A stretch of DNA of 64,000 nucleotides from Bacilli bacterium (GCA_022798795.1 JAAWNF010000001.1:953-64952), one strand, 5' to 3'. Shown: positions 30,154 through 40,114, counted from the first letter of the stretch. Notes: a model not told the origin generated them from the sequence alone. A program made the numbers and translations.

Positions 30154-31392
30154 GTGGAATTTTCGTTAATAGATGCAAGAAATATAGATAGCGCATTAAA
30201 ACAAAAAGGGATAGATCGAGGGATTGGAATTTTAAACCCTTCTTTTCCATTTTTTACACCAGAACAATTGGGGCAAATAGACGAATTTATTATAGAAGGA
30301 TGTGAAGATATTTCTTTTTTGAGATATTTACCAAATTTACGTAAAGTTGTTATTCGGAGCCTTGATTATGAAAGAGTTATCCCAACAGGAGAGTATAAAG
30401 AGAGTAATTTTTTTAATCAAATTACAGATTTTAGTGTGATAAAAGAGTGCGAAAATCTTGAAGACCTTTATATTGAAAATGATGTTTGCATTAGGGAATT
30501 AGATGTTACTGGATTAAGAAAATTAAAAAATGTTTATTTAATTAATAATCCAAGATTAGAAAGTATTAGAGGTTTAGATGAACAACATCATTTAAAACAA
30601 GTTGTCATGTATGGAAACAATATAAAAAATTTTACGAATCTAGCAGACTATTTATCTAATACATTGGATGCGAAACAAAATATTGTAGATATTAGTATTT
30701 TCTTTGCCTGTATTCATTCAATAACGCAAGCAAAACAATTATATGACGCATATTTGAAAGGATTAGTACATGTATCATTCGCAGAAAAAAATGGATTAAC
30801 AAATTATACTACTCATACAGTGGAACAAATTACGTTCCTGTATATTAAATTTCGACGTTTATTTGAGCAAAAAGGATTAATGAGCGCAAATGATTCTGAT
30901 AAAATTGGTTATGTGTTTCGCTATGTTGCAGAATATATTCGTTTTGCTGCAGAAGAGGTAGAGAAACGTGATAGACTGTATACAGAATTAATTGAAATTT
31001 ATTGTGGTATTCCAGAATTTTATAAAAGGAATATGGGAGCCTTACATAATAGTTTCAATACTTATCATTTTAGAGCAGGAAATTGCGAAGGAATTGTAAA
31101 TTTGATGAGATTTATGTTATCTATTTTAGATATTCCAAATGAAAATGTACATTGTCATGATAGAAGATATAAGAAAAACATAGAATTAAATCATGCTTTA
31201 TTAAGAGCATGTGATAATGGAAGATGGCTATATTATGATGCCACATATGACCGCAAAAATATTAGGAATTTTTACGGCAGAACATATAATGAAATAACAG
31301 ATTATGTAGAATTAAGTATATTTGAAAAGATGATTAGTGAGGAAGAAGAGTATGGGATTGGACAATCTAATGGAGTATTTGTTAAATACTAA
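30154..31392 (+). CDS. Cytoplasmic leucine-rich-repeat protein with a C-terminal transglutaminase-like cysteine-protease core
   Basis: GTG start after the RBS aaggtga. Internalin-like LRRs (LxxLxIxNxxC, LRKLKNVYLINNPRLESIRGL). C-terminal Cys...His...Asp triad context (FRAGNCEGIVNLMRF...NHALLRACDNGRWLYYDATYD) typical of transglutaminase-like proteins. No signal peptide. Confidence 0.45.
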   Translation: MEFSLIDARNIDSALKQKGIDRGIGILNPSFPFFTPEQLGQIDEFIIEGCEDISFLRYLPNLRKVVIRSLDYERVIPTGEYKESNFFNQITDFSVIKECENLEDLYIENDVCIRELDVTGLRKLKNVYLINNPRLESIRGLDEQHHLKQVVMYGNNIKNFTNLADYLSNTLDAKQNIVDISIFFACIHSITQAKQLYDAYLKGLVHVSFAEKNGLTNYTTHTVEQITFLYIKFRRLFEQKGLMSANDSDKIGYVFRYVAEYIRFAAEEVEKRDRLYTELIEIYCGIPEFYKRNMGALHNSFNTYHFRAGNCEGIVNLMRFMLSILDIPNENVHCHDRRYKKNIELNHALLRACDNGRWLYYDATYDRKNIRNFYGRTYNEITDYVELSIFEKMISEEEEYGIGQSNGVFVKY

Positions 31393-32857
31393 AGTTGACT
31401 ATATAATATTGAATTGTTATTTTAGAAATTTAGCAAGTGAAGACCAAGAAAAATTTAAAGAAACAATTCATAATATGAAACGTGAGGGTTTATATAAAAG
31501 CCCAATTCATGGAGTATATCATAGTGAGAAAGTGTGTTTATTTGCTTTTCTTTTAGGAAAACATTATGACTTAGAAGAAGATGATATGCAAATTTTAATG
31601 GATGCAGCCATGTATCATGACTTCAAACGGGAAAATGATTTTGAAGATTCATTTCATGGCATGGTAAGTGCAAATAATATTGAAAAAATAGTGCCCCTAG
31701 GGGCAGTTTACTCTGATAGAGTAAACTTAACTATGTTAAAGGCTATTATTGATTTTCACTCTCAACCAGATAGAAGATTAAGACTTAACTTTGAAAATTA
31801 TGGGTTACCAGAAGCATCTTTTGATAGATATCAGCGATTAGCGTATCTATTAAAAGATGCTGACGCACTAGATAGAACTAGATTTAGTGAAAAAAGTCAA
31901 GCCTCTTTAAAACCAGAATATCTGCATTTTCCGAGGTCAGTATTTATGATTGATTTAGCGCAAGAAGTAAATGAGGCTTATAATAAGTTGATGGAACGAA
32001 ATTGGAGTGATGATATTCCGCTAGAAAAAATGTCTGGTGATTGTTTTCATAGTATAGGGTTTGATTTTTTCAGAATTTCTAGTGTGTTAGAAAACGGTAT
32101 ATTGTCGTTTTCTGAAATGGAAAAAACAAAAATGAATTTTCCGCGAAATTTTGATGGTGGAAATGGTACAAGATGGATTTCCGCAGTACCAACTACTTTT
32201 ATAAAAGATGATGAAATTGCTTTTAAAACATTTATTCAAAATGGAATTTCGTTTTTTTGTACGAATCAACAATTGTATTCCCCTGTGGAATTTAATAAAA
32301 AATCGACTGCAATTTTAAAGGGGTTACCATATGCTAAGAGTGGATATTTAGATGAGAGATATGTATTTAGAAAAATTAGTACAGAAGCTATTAAATCTGT
32401 TTTTGTAGTAAAAAAGCATGCTATAAAAGATGTAAATGAATTATCTTATTTATACAATACTCTTTATTATGGAACTTTGGAAAGCAAAATTATTTATTTA
32501 TTAAATAATATGGGAATAAAAACGATTGATTTAGTACCTGATTTGATTGTTCCAATGGCTAGATATAAAAAAGAATTAGATGATTATGGTGCAGTAGATA
32601 TGATAGAAAGAATTATGATAGTACCAAAAATGAAAAAAACATTGAACGTATTATTAAAAGATATTAATGCTATTATACAAAGATTAATTCACAACTATTA
32701 TGCCTGTATGTTAAATCGACCAGTAGACTCAAAAATTACAGTTGCAGATGTTGTAGAATATGAGCTTTCCAAGACCAATAAAAAGGTAACAATGGTAGAT
32801 GGACCAGAGGAACTATTATTCTTTATTGAAGAACCACAAAAGAAAAAAGAAAAATAA
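31352..32857 (+). CDS. HD-domain phosphohydrolase fused to a ~300-aa C-terminal domain of unknown function
   Basis: HD motifs (GVYHSEKV, MYHDFKR, FHG, LKDADALDR). RBS gaggaaga. The 5' end overlaps the preceding gene by ~40 nt, suggesting translational coupling. Confidence 0.45.
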   Translation: MGLDNLMEYLLNTKVDYIILNCYFRNLASEDQEKFKETIHNMKREGLYKSPIHGVYHSEKVCLFAFLLGKHYDLEEDDMQILMDAAMYHDFKRENDFEDSFHGMVSANNIEKIVPLGAVYSDRVNLTMLKAIIDFHSQPDRRLRLNFENYGLPEASFDRYQRLAYLLKDADALDRTRFSEKSQASLKPEYLHFPRSVFMIDLAQEVNEAYNKLMERNWSDDIPLEKMSGDCFHSIGFDFFRISSVLENGILSFSEMEKTKMNFPRNFDGGNGTRWISAVPTTFIKDDEIAFKTFIQNGISFFCTNQQLYSPVEFNKKSTAILKGLPYAKSGYLDERYVFRKISTEAIKSVFVVKKHAIKDVNELSYLYNTLYYGTLESKIIYLLNNMGIKTIDLVPDLIVPMARYKKELDDYGAVDMIERIMIVPKMKKTLNVLLKDINAIIQRLIHNYYACMLNRPVDSKITVADVVEYELSKTNKKVTMVDGPEELLFFIEEPQKKKEK

Positions 32858-32871
32858 CAAATATCTTTTTT

Positions 32872-32898
32872 AGCACTCGGACTTGACGAGTGCTATTT
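32872..32898 (+). promoter_or_regulatory. CIRCE operator (HrcA binding site) upstream of clpB
   Basis: ttagcactc-N9-gagtgctat matches TTAGCACTC-N9-GAGTGCTAA at 17 of 18 positions. Confidence 0.85.
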
Positions 32899-32913
32899 TT
32901 GGTGCTACAATGT
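32885..32913 (+). promoter_or_regulatory. Promoter overlapping CIRCE
   Basis: ttgacg-N17-tacaat. Confidence 0.5.
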
Positions 32914-32948
32914 ATTTGGTTTAAAAAAACCGAAAGGAGGGATTTCGT

Positions 32949-35072
32949 ATGAATGGTGGAAATCCATATGAAGAAAATTTAAAAAATGTATTAGAAAAAT
33001 ATGGCAGGGATATTGTTCAGAGTGTAAAAGATGGAAAAGTAGACCCAGTTATTGGTAGAGATGAAGAAATTAGAAGCATTACTAGAATCCTTTCTAGAAA
33101 AACAAAAAATAATCCAGTTTTAATTGGAGAACCAGGAGTAGGAAAAACAGCAATTGTAGAAGGATTAGCAAGTCGTATTATAAAAGGAGATGTTCCAGCT
33201 TCCTTGAAAAATAAACGAATTTGGGAATTAGATATGGGAGCATTAATAGCAGGAGCAAAATATCGTGGAGAATTTGAGGAACGATTAAAAGCAGTTCTAA
33301 AAGAGATTAAAGACTCTAATGGAGAAATTATCATGTTTATCGATGAAATTCATATGATTGTAGGTGCAGGAGCTTTAGAAGGAGCTATGGACGCTGGAAA
33401 TATGTTAAAACCAATGTTGGCTCGTGGAGAAATTAAAGTGATTGGTGCTACTACATTAAATGAATATCGTAAGTATATTGAAAAAGATGGAGCCTTAGAA
33501 AGACGTTTCCAAAAAGTATTAGTAAAAGAACCAAATGTTATAGATACTATTACAATATTAAGAGGTCTAAAGCAAAGATTTGAAGTATATCATGGTGTTA
33601 ATATAAAAGATAGGGCTTTAGTAGCAGCAGCAACATTATCAGACCGTTATATTACAGACCGATTCTTGCCAGATAAAGCAATAGATTTGGTAGATGAAGC
33701 ATGTGCTACAATAAAAGTGCAAATGGATTCTGTTCCAGTAGAACTAGATACGCTAACTAGAGAAATTATGCAATTAGAAATAGAACTTGCCGCTTTAAAA
33801 AAAGATAATGATGAAATGTCTAAAAAAAGAGTAGCTGAAATTAAAGAACAAATCACAGTATTAAAAGAAAAAGAAACAGAGTTACGTAATAAATGGCAAG
33901 ATGAAAAGAAAATAAACGACCAAGTAAAATCAAAAAAAGCCGAACTAGAAAAATCACGATTTGAATTAGAACAAGCTGAAAACAATTATGATTTGGAAGC
34001 AGCAGCAAAACTAAGACATGGAACTATTCCAAAACTAGAACGTGAATTAGAAGAATTAAAAGCAAATGATAAATCTGATATGTTAAGTGATACAGTAGAT
34101 GAAGAAGGAATTGCTGCAATTATTTCTAAGTGGACCAATATTCCAGTTCAGAAATTAGTAAGTGGTGAAAAAGAGAAACTCATTCATTTAGAAGAGAATA
34201 TGCAAAAAAGAGTAAAAGGTCAAGAAGAAGCACTAAAATTAGTCAGTGAGGCAATTCTTCGTGCTAGAGCGGGAATTAAAGACCCTAATAGACCAATCGG
34301 TTCCTTTATTTTCTTAGGACCAACTGGAGTAGGAAAAACAGAAGTTGCTAGAACTTTAGCTTATGAACTATTTGATGATGAACGTCACATGATTCGAATT
34401 GATATGAGTGAATATATGGAAGCACATTCTGTATCTAGGTTAGTAGGAGCGCCTCCAGGATATGTTGGATATGATGAGGGGGGACAATTAACAGAGGCAG
34501 TTAGGAGAAATCCATATAGTATCGTTTTATTTGATGAAATTGAAAAAGCGCATAAAGATGTTTTTAATATATTACTTCAAATATTAGATGATGGAAGAAT
34601 TACAGATAGTCAAGGTAGAACAGTAGATTTTAAAAATACGATTATTATTATGACTTCTAATTTAGGTAGCGAATATATTTTAGAAAATAAAGAAAATAGT
34701 AGGGAATTAATTCATACGGAATTAAGACACACATTTAAACCAGAATTTTTAAATCGTATTGATGAAATTATTATTTTTAAACCATTAACCAAAGAAGTTA
34801 TCTATGATATTTTAAATAAGATTGTTAGTGAAATTGAATATCGACTAAGTGATAAACATCTTACTATTGAATTAACAGAAAATGCCAAAAAATTCATTAT
34901 AGAAGAATCTTATGATGAAAATTATGGAGCTCGTCCAATTAAACGCTATGTAAGCAGAAATTTAGAAACTTTACTTGCTGAAAAAATAATTATGGATGAA
35001 ATAAAATTTGATAGCAAAATTGTTATAGATATAGAAAATAATACATTTATTATAAAAAACGTAGAAAAATAA
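32949..35072 (+). CDS. clpB: ClpB-type AAA+ disaggregase lacking the N-terminal domain
   Basis: Two AAA+ modules (GEPGVGKT; GPTGVGKT) with an intervening coiled-coil M-domain. ~707 aa instead of ~860. The ORF begins directly at the NBD1 upstream region ([24 protein letters not shown]). Confidence 0.85.
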   Translation: MNGGNPYEENLKNVLEKYGRDIVQSVKDGKVDPVIGRDEEIRSITRILSRKTKNNPVLIGEPGVGKTAIVEGLASRIIKGDVPASLKNKRIWELDMGALIAGAKYRGEFEERLKAVLKEIKDSNGEIIMFIDEIHMIVGAGALEGAMDAGNMLKPMLARGEIKVIGATTLNEYRKYIEKDGALERRFQKVLVKEPNVIDTITILRGLKQRFEVYHGVNIKDRALVAAATLSDRYITDRFLPDKAIDLVDEACATIKVQMDSVPVELDTLTREIMQLEIELAALKKDNDEMSKKRVAEIKEQITVLKEKETELRNKWQDEKKINDQVKSKKAELEKSRFELEQAENNYDLEAAAKLRHGTIPKLERELEELKANDKSDMLSDTVDEEGIAAIISKWTNIPVQKLVSGEKEKLIHLEENMQKRVKGQEEALKLVSEAILRARAGIKDPNRPIGSFIFLGPTGVGKTEVARTLAYELFDDERHMIRIDMSEYMEAHSVSRLVGAPPGYVGYDEGGQLTEAVRRNPYSIVLFDEIEKAHKDVFNILLQILDDGRITDSQGRTVDFKNTIIIMTSNLGSEYILENKENSRELIHTELRHTFKPEFLNRIDEIIIFKPLTKEVIYDILNKIVSEIEYRLSDKHLTIELTENAKKFIIEESYDENYGARPIKRYVSRNLETLLAEKIIMDEIKFDSKIVIDIENNTFIIKNVEK

Positions 35073-35646
35073 TTCTGCGTTTTTTATGTGTTTCTGATGA
35101 AGCAAATATCAAAAATTAAAACATTATCAACATATCATGATGGGTAGAAAATAAATGAAGAAAAATAGATTTTTACTATTTTGTTAGCAAAATTTACATA
35201 AAAAAACTACCAAAATGCAATGTTTAAAAAAGCTATCAAAATCATTTATATTTAAAAGTAGTGTGTTATATAATAACGTTTATCGGATTTATTTGATTGA
35301 TAATTGCCTTTAAAAGAGAGTTGATAATATGCGAAAAGATAATTTTATTTCCTCTTTGATATTGCTTAATTTTATAAAACTTATTTTAATTTTTATTTTT
35401 GTATTATTTATAATTATAAACTACTAAAAGGTTATCAGGAGATTTATGGAAAACAAAAACAAGCACTTCAGCATTTAGAAAATAGTGCTTGTCCGATATC
35501 CAATAGGGCAGTACTTGATTTTAAACAAACAATACTATTATAGCCAATTAACAGAAATTAATTTACACCTATTTACATTGAACTAGGAATACAAATATTG
35601 ACGACCTTTTAAATGAGAGTTATATTATAAATAGGAGGCTTATGAA

Positions 35647-36600
35647 ATGGAACTTAATGTACAAGAAGCAATACAAGGAACAGTAGAATTTTTAAATAGA
35701 ACATATTATTCTTTTGTACGTCCTGATTTTAGTAAGTATAGTAGTATTTATTCATTTTCAACAGAAAATTTATCTTATTTAGAAAAAATTAATTTAGACG
35801 GAAAAGATGTTTTAACTGTAACTGGTAGTTTTGACCAAACTTTTAATTTGATATATGAGGGTGCAAAAAAGATTTGTAATTTTGATACAAATGTGAATAC
35901 AGTCTTTTATGCCCAATTAAAAATGGCAGCAATGAAAGCATTTTCTTATCAAGAATATTTACAGTTCTTTTTTGGAGACAGTAAGATGGATTATGGTATG
36001 TATCAAAGATTAATCCCGTTTTTAGAATATTGGAATTCTATATATCAATTATTTTCCAATGATGGTAATGCGTTATTTGCATCAAAATTAATAGAAGCCC
36101 CATCAAATATTAAAAATACTATTCTTGGCAATCCTTATTTATATAGTGAAGAAAATTATGAACAAACAAAATCCAGATTAGATGATGTAGAGATATCATT
36201 TACAGAAAAAGATGTACTAGAAATTGGAGAAGGTAGTGATACATATGATGCCATGTTCTTTTCTAATATTGAGTCTTATTTAGTAAGCGATTGCTTTAGT
36301 ACAATGGTTAGCAATGAATATATAGAATTTATTCAAAATAAGGCTAGCAAACAATTAAATGATGGTGGTATTATTCAAATGGCTTATCAATATGGTTATA
36401 AAACTAAAATTAAAGCAACAGGAAGTTTTTTGAAAAGGTTGTTTCATACGAAATTTAGAATTCAAGGACTTGATTATTTAGAAGGAAAGTTTAAAACTGT
36501 TACATTTATGGGATTTCCACTATGGAGAAATGTAGAAATTACAAAAGATGTACAAGATTGTATTTACTTGTATGAAAAATCAAAAGGAAAATCAATGTAG
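35647..36600 (+). CDS. DUF3419 / BtaA-like putative SAM-dependent (3-amino-3-carboxypropyl) transferase family protein
   Basis: Block DVLTVTGSFDQTFNLIYEGAKKICNFDTNVNTVFYAQLKMAAMKAFSYQEYLQFFFG resembles the DUF3419 N-terminal SAM-binding region, recalled from memory. RBS aggagg. Confidence 0.35.
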   Translation: MELNVQEAIQGTVEFLNRTYYSFVRPDFSKYSSIYSFSTENLSYLEKINLDGKDVLTVTGSFDQTFNLIYEGAKKICNFDTNVNTVFYAQLKMAAMKAFSYQEYLQFFFGDSKMDYGMYQRLIPFLEYWNSIYQLFSNDGNALFASKLIEAPSNIKNTILGNPYLYSEENYEQTKSRLDDVEISFTEKDVLEIGEGSDTYDAMFFSNIESYLVSDCFSTMVSNEYIEFIQNKASKQLNDGGIIQMAYQYGYKTKIKATGSFLKRLFHTKFRIQGLDYLEGKFKTVTFMGFPLWRNVEITKDVQDCIYLYEKSKGKSM

Positions 36601-36672
36601 GGAACTACATTTTTTTTTGACTAGATATTGTTTACAATATTATAATATGTACTAATTTATTGGAGGAATTGT

Positions 36673-37935
36673 ATGAAAAAAATATGGATAGGTGGATATG
36701 GTGCTTGCAGCAATTATAATGAAAAAGCAATGATTAAAGAGTTAGTGAAAAATCTCAAACTTGAATTTGTAGAGTCAGAAGAAGCAGATATTGTAATCAT
36801 AACAGATACCTGCTTAGCGACTTATCAACAAATGATTAATAGTTATAAATGTATTGAAGATATTTAAAAAAGGGTAAAAGCGGATGCCGAAATAATTGTG
36901 AGCGGTTGTATATCAAAGGGAGTAAAATTTGAGTTAACAGAAGAACAAAAAGAATTATTAGCAAAAATAGAAATTGTAAAACAGGAAGAACTTGTTCCAT
37001 ATGTAGCAAACTTATTAAGAGGTTACAATATGGAGGATGAATTTGATATCCCATATTCAGTAGATAATGTTTCTATTTCACTTTCTCCAGTTTCTTGCTG
37101 CTTAAACCATTGTAGTTTTTGTAAAAGTCATTATATGAATTTTGAATTAAAAAGTTATCCGTTTGAAAAGGTAGAAAGTTTAGCATCTGATATTGAAGAA
37201 ATTGATTATCCATTTCATCATATTGCAATTCATGCATCAAATTTAAGTCTTTATGGAGTTGACTTATATGGAAACAGAAGGTCTCATGAAGTGATAAAGA
37301 CTTTCACAAAACCAGATAAAATCAAATTTGCTTATGTAGGAGCTTTAATTAATTGGTATCCGGAATTGATAGAAGAAATTATTAGAAATCATAAAATTAA
37401 AGAAATTTTTGTTTCATTAGAAAGTGGAAGTGAAAGAGTTTATAACTTAATGAACCGACCAATTTCATTAGAAAGTTTAATTAAACTAATCCGCTTTATT
37501 AGAAAAGAAAGACCAGATATTATTATTCATACAGAACTGATAGCAGGATTTCCAACTGAAACAATAGAGGATTTAAAAAGAACCATTGATTTAATTTACG
37601 AACTTGATATTGACCCAGTATTTGTGCATGATTACCAGAACTCAGAACAAATTCCATCTTCAATGCTGCTAGGGCATTCTTATAATTATTGTATGGAAGC
37701 AGCATATTATGCTAGAGAAAAATTATTGCCATTACGGGAGAAATTTAAAGAGAAAATTTGGACTGGAGAAATGTTTGTTCTTGAAAAAAATGAGGAACAA
37801 AAACTTTATTTTGCCATGTTAATGAATGGAATATTAAGGAATGTTCGTTTTGACCAACTAGATAGAGACTATCAAGAGGGAGAAATTATTCCAGCAAACA
37901 CAGTAAAGCCAAAACAATTCGTAAAAAGAAAATAA
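36673..37935 (+). pseudogene. MiaB/RimO/MtaB-family radical SAM methylthiotransferase interrupted by a single in-frame TAA at 36865..36867
   Basis: ORFs 36673..36867 and 36898..37935 are in the same frame, and 225 nt separates their starts. The N-terminal MTTase domain (KIWIGGYGACSNYNE...EADIVIITDTCL) continues through the stop as IEDI*KRVKADAEIIVSGCISKG, followed by the radical SAM C-x3-C-x2-C (CLNHCSFC). The stop lies in an A-run (taaaaaagg). Confidence 0.6.
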
Positions 37936-38019
37936 AAAAGGTACGAAAATATACTTTTTAAGTTTGTATATCAACATTATAAATGTTATAATTTGAATAT
38001 AATATTAGGAGGGTGTCAT

Positions 38020-40002
38020 ATGCTCAATATTAATAATGATGAATGGCTTATTAGGAATGGTCGATTAATAGAATACAGGAAAAATGAAGATGAAGTTGTT
38101 ATACCAGAAGGAGTAACTGAAATTGAGTCAATGGTATTTAGAGGGAAAAAATTTGGTACTATTACAATGCCAGGGACAATTCGAAAATTTCCACCCTGCT
38201 TTCTGGAAACTGGTTTTTATAAAGATAAGATAATCTTAAAAGAAGGAATAGAGTATATTACTCCTCTTGCCTTTTGTCGTGCCAATGTAAAAGAAGTTGT
38301 TTTTCCTAACTCTCTTAAAGTAATAGGGAAATATGCTTTTTCAGAAGCTTTTTATAGTTATCACACTCGTTTAATATTAAATCATGGTCTTGAAAAGATT
38401 GAAGAATGTGCATTTAAAAATGCTCTACATTTTGATTCCATTGTTATTCCTAAAACAGTTGTAGAAATAGCTTCTGATGCATTTGCTGGTTGTCAAAATT
38501 ATTCCTCTCTTTACTGTTTCTTTTCAAATGCAACTAAATTAAACCTTTTTGAAATACAAGACTTCAAAGAAATGTACCATGTTCATATTTGTACGCTTAA
38601 CGATTTTAATATGCGTCAAGCAATTTCACTAATAAAACCATGTCATGAAAAATGTACAATTTATTTTGAGGGATATAGTAATCCAGTTGTGAAGGCAATT
38701 TTGGATACAACGTGTTCTGGAACAGTGACAATGACTAAAGAGATAACCTCTCCCGAATTTCTTAATAAAGAAAGTGTTATTTTACCAGAAACATCGAATT
38801 TAATGGATAAAGAAATAGATGATTTAATAAATCAAATCAAGAGTAAAATCTTATTATTAGATGCAGATACTAGAAATTCTATTTCAAATCAATTAAACTA
38901 TTTAATAGATGAATATAGAAAAAATTTAGAAGAAGCAAAGCCAAAATTTGGACTTAATGTAGAAGAAAGCTTAACTACATTACCTGATATTCCATCTATA
39001 AGAATTCACTTCATAACAAATTTAAATAAAATTATTATGTATATGAATAGATTAGATAATACTATCGCTTTGAGGAAAAAAATCAATCATTATAAAGAAT
39101 TTATTGTAAAAGGTGTGAAACCTCAAGAAAGTGATGAGAAGAATTTTCAAAAAATAGAAGATATTATCCTAAAAACTAATAGTTTTACATCTAATGAGTA
39201 TGTTAAAAATAGTTTATTCAGTATTTTAAATGAAATAGACTATGAATTAGAAAAATCATTTAAAACATTCTTTCACACCTCGCTTACATTATCTAATTTT
39301 AGTGATTATGAAACTATATTAGCCACTAAAATAGAAGAATTTTATGCAAAAGTATTAATGTCAACTGATTTTTATCAAGCATTATTTGGTAATCATAAAA
39401 CATCTTTGGGAAATGATATTGAAACTTTAAAAACTATTATTGCCTCTTTGGATACAAATAGTCAGTCAAAATATGAGAATAGATTAACAAGTGTCCTTTT
39501 AAAATATAATTCTAAAATAGAACATTTAGAGATAAATTATCATACTGAAATTGAGATAAGAAAAGAATTGATGCCCATTATTCGTGAACTTGCAAACATA
39601 GTGGGAAATATTACAGATCGAAAAAGCTTGTTAGATGATTTGACTTCAGCTAAAAATTTGTTAGCTGGTGACGAAATTAATTATTTAGGAAGTATAAGTA
39701 GTACTATTAAAGATATTATGAATTTATTAAGTAATCAGTTTGTAGATGAAATTTTAAAGCAAGAAATTATTACATCTTTGAATGAATTATTAAATAATTC
39801 TTATAGTCAAATTATAAATAATACATTTCCTATAAAAGAAAATAGCATCATGAAAAATTTTAACTTGAATTTTCAAATTACTTTACAAATACTTAAAAGC
39901 ATTTATGGAATAAAATTTAATTTAGAAAGTTTCATCAAAAAAACGAGTGATTATAATGCTAGTTTATCTAGTATGTTGAATAATGGTAAACATAATCGTT
40001 GA
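38020..40002 (+). CDS. BspA-type leucine-rich-repeat protein with a long C-terminal alpha-helical region, apparently cytoplasmic
   Basis: RBS aggaggg before the ATG at 38020. BspA-like LRR units (IPEGVTEIESMVFRG, ITPLAFCRANVKEVVFPNSLKVIGKYAFSE, IEECAFKNALHFDSIVIPKTVVEIASDAFAGC). No signal peptide. The C-terminal ~400 aa are helical and Asn/Ile/Lys-rich. Confidence 0.5.
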   Translation: MLNINNDEWLIRNGRLIEYRKNEDEVVIPEGVTEIESMVFRGKKFGTITMPGTIRKFPPCFLETGFYKDKIILKEGIEYITPLAFCRANVKEVVFPNSLKVIGKYAFSEAFYSYHTRLILNHGLEKIEECAFKNALHFDSIVIPKTVVEIASDAFAGCQNYSSLYCFFSNATKLNLFEIQDFKEMYHVHICTLNDFNMRQAISLIKPCHEKCTIYFEGYSNPVVKAILDTTCSGTVTMTKEITSPEFLNKESVILPETSNLMDKEIDDLINQIKSKILLLDADTRNSISNQLNYLIDEYRKNLEEAKPKFGLNVEESLTTLPDIPSIRIHFITNLNKIIMYMNRLDNTIALRKKINHYKEFIVKGVKPQESDEKNFQKIEDIILKTNSFTSNEYVKNSLFSILNEIDYELEKSFKTFFHTSLTLSNFSDYETILATKIEEFYAKVLMSTDFYQALFGNHKTSLGNDIETLKTIIASLDTNSQSKYENRLTSVLLKYNSKIEHLEINYHTEIEIRKELMPIIRELANIVGNITDRKSLLDDLTSAKNLLAGDEINYLGSISSTIKDIMNLLSNQFVDEILKQEIITSLNELLNNSYSQIINNTFPIKENSIMKNFNLNFQITLQILKSIYGIKFNLESFIKKTSDYNASLSSMLNNGKHNR

Positions 40003-40087
40003 TATAAAATGTAAGTATAATTATTGAATAATAAATTACTATTGAGTATAACTAAAAAGTATAAGAAGAATATACTTTTTTATTTTT

Positions 40088-40114
40088 TTAGCACTCATAT
40101 ATTGACAATGCTAA
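40088..40114 (+). promoter_or_regulatory. CIRCE-like operator upstream of hrcA (degenerate right arm)
   Basis: ttagcactc-N9-caatgctaa: the left arm is perfect and the right arm matches 7 of 9. It overlaps the predicted promoter. Confidence 0.6.

Noticed and set aside
36673-37935. Treating 36673..36867 and 36898..37935 as two independent genes
   Set aside because: They share a frame and together form a single MTTase domain architecture. The second piece begins mid-domain, and its nominal start is an internal Met without an RBS.
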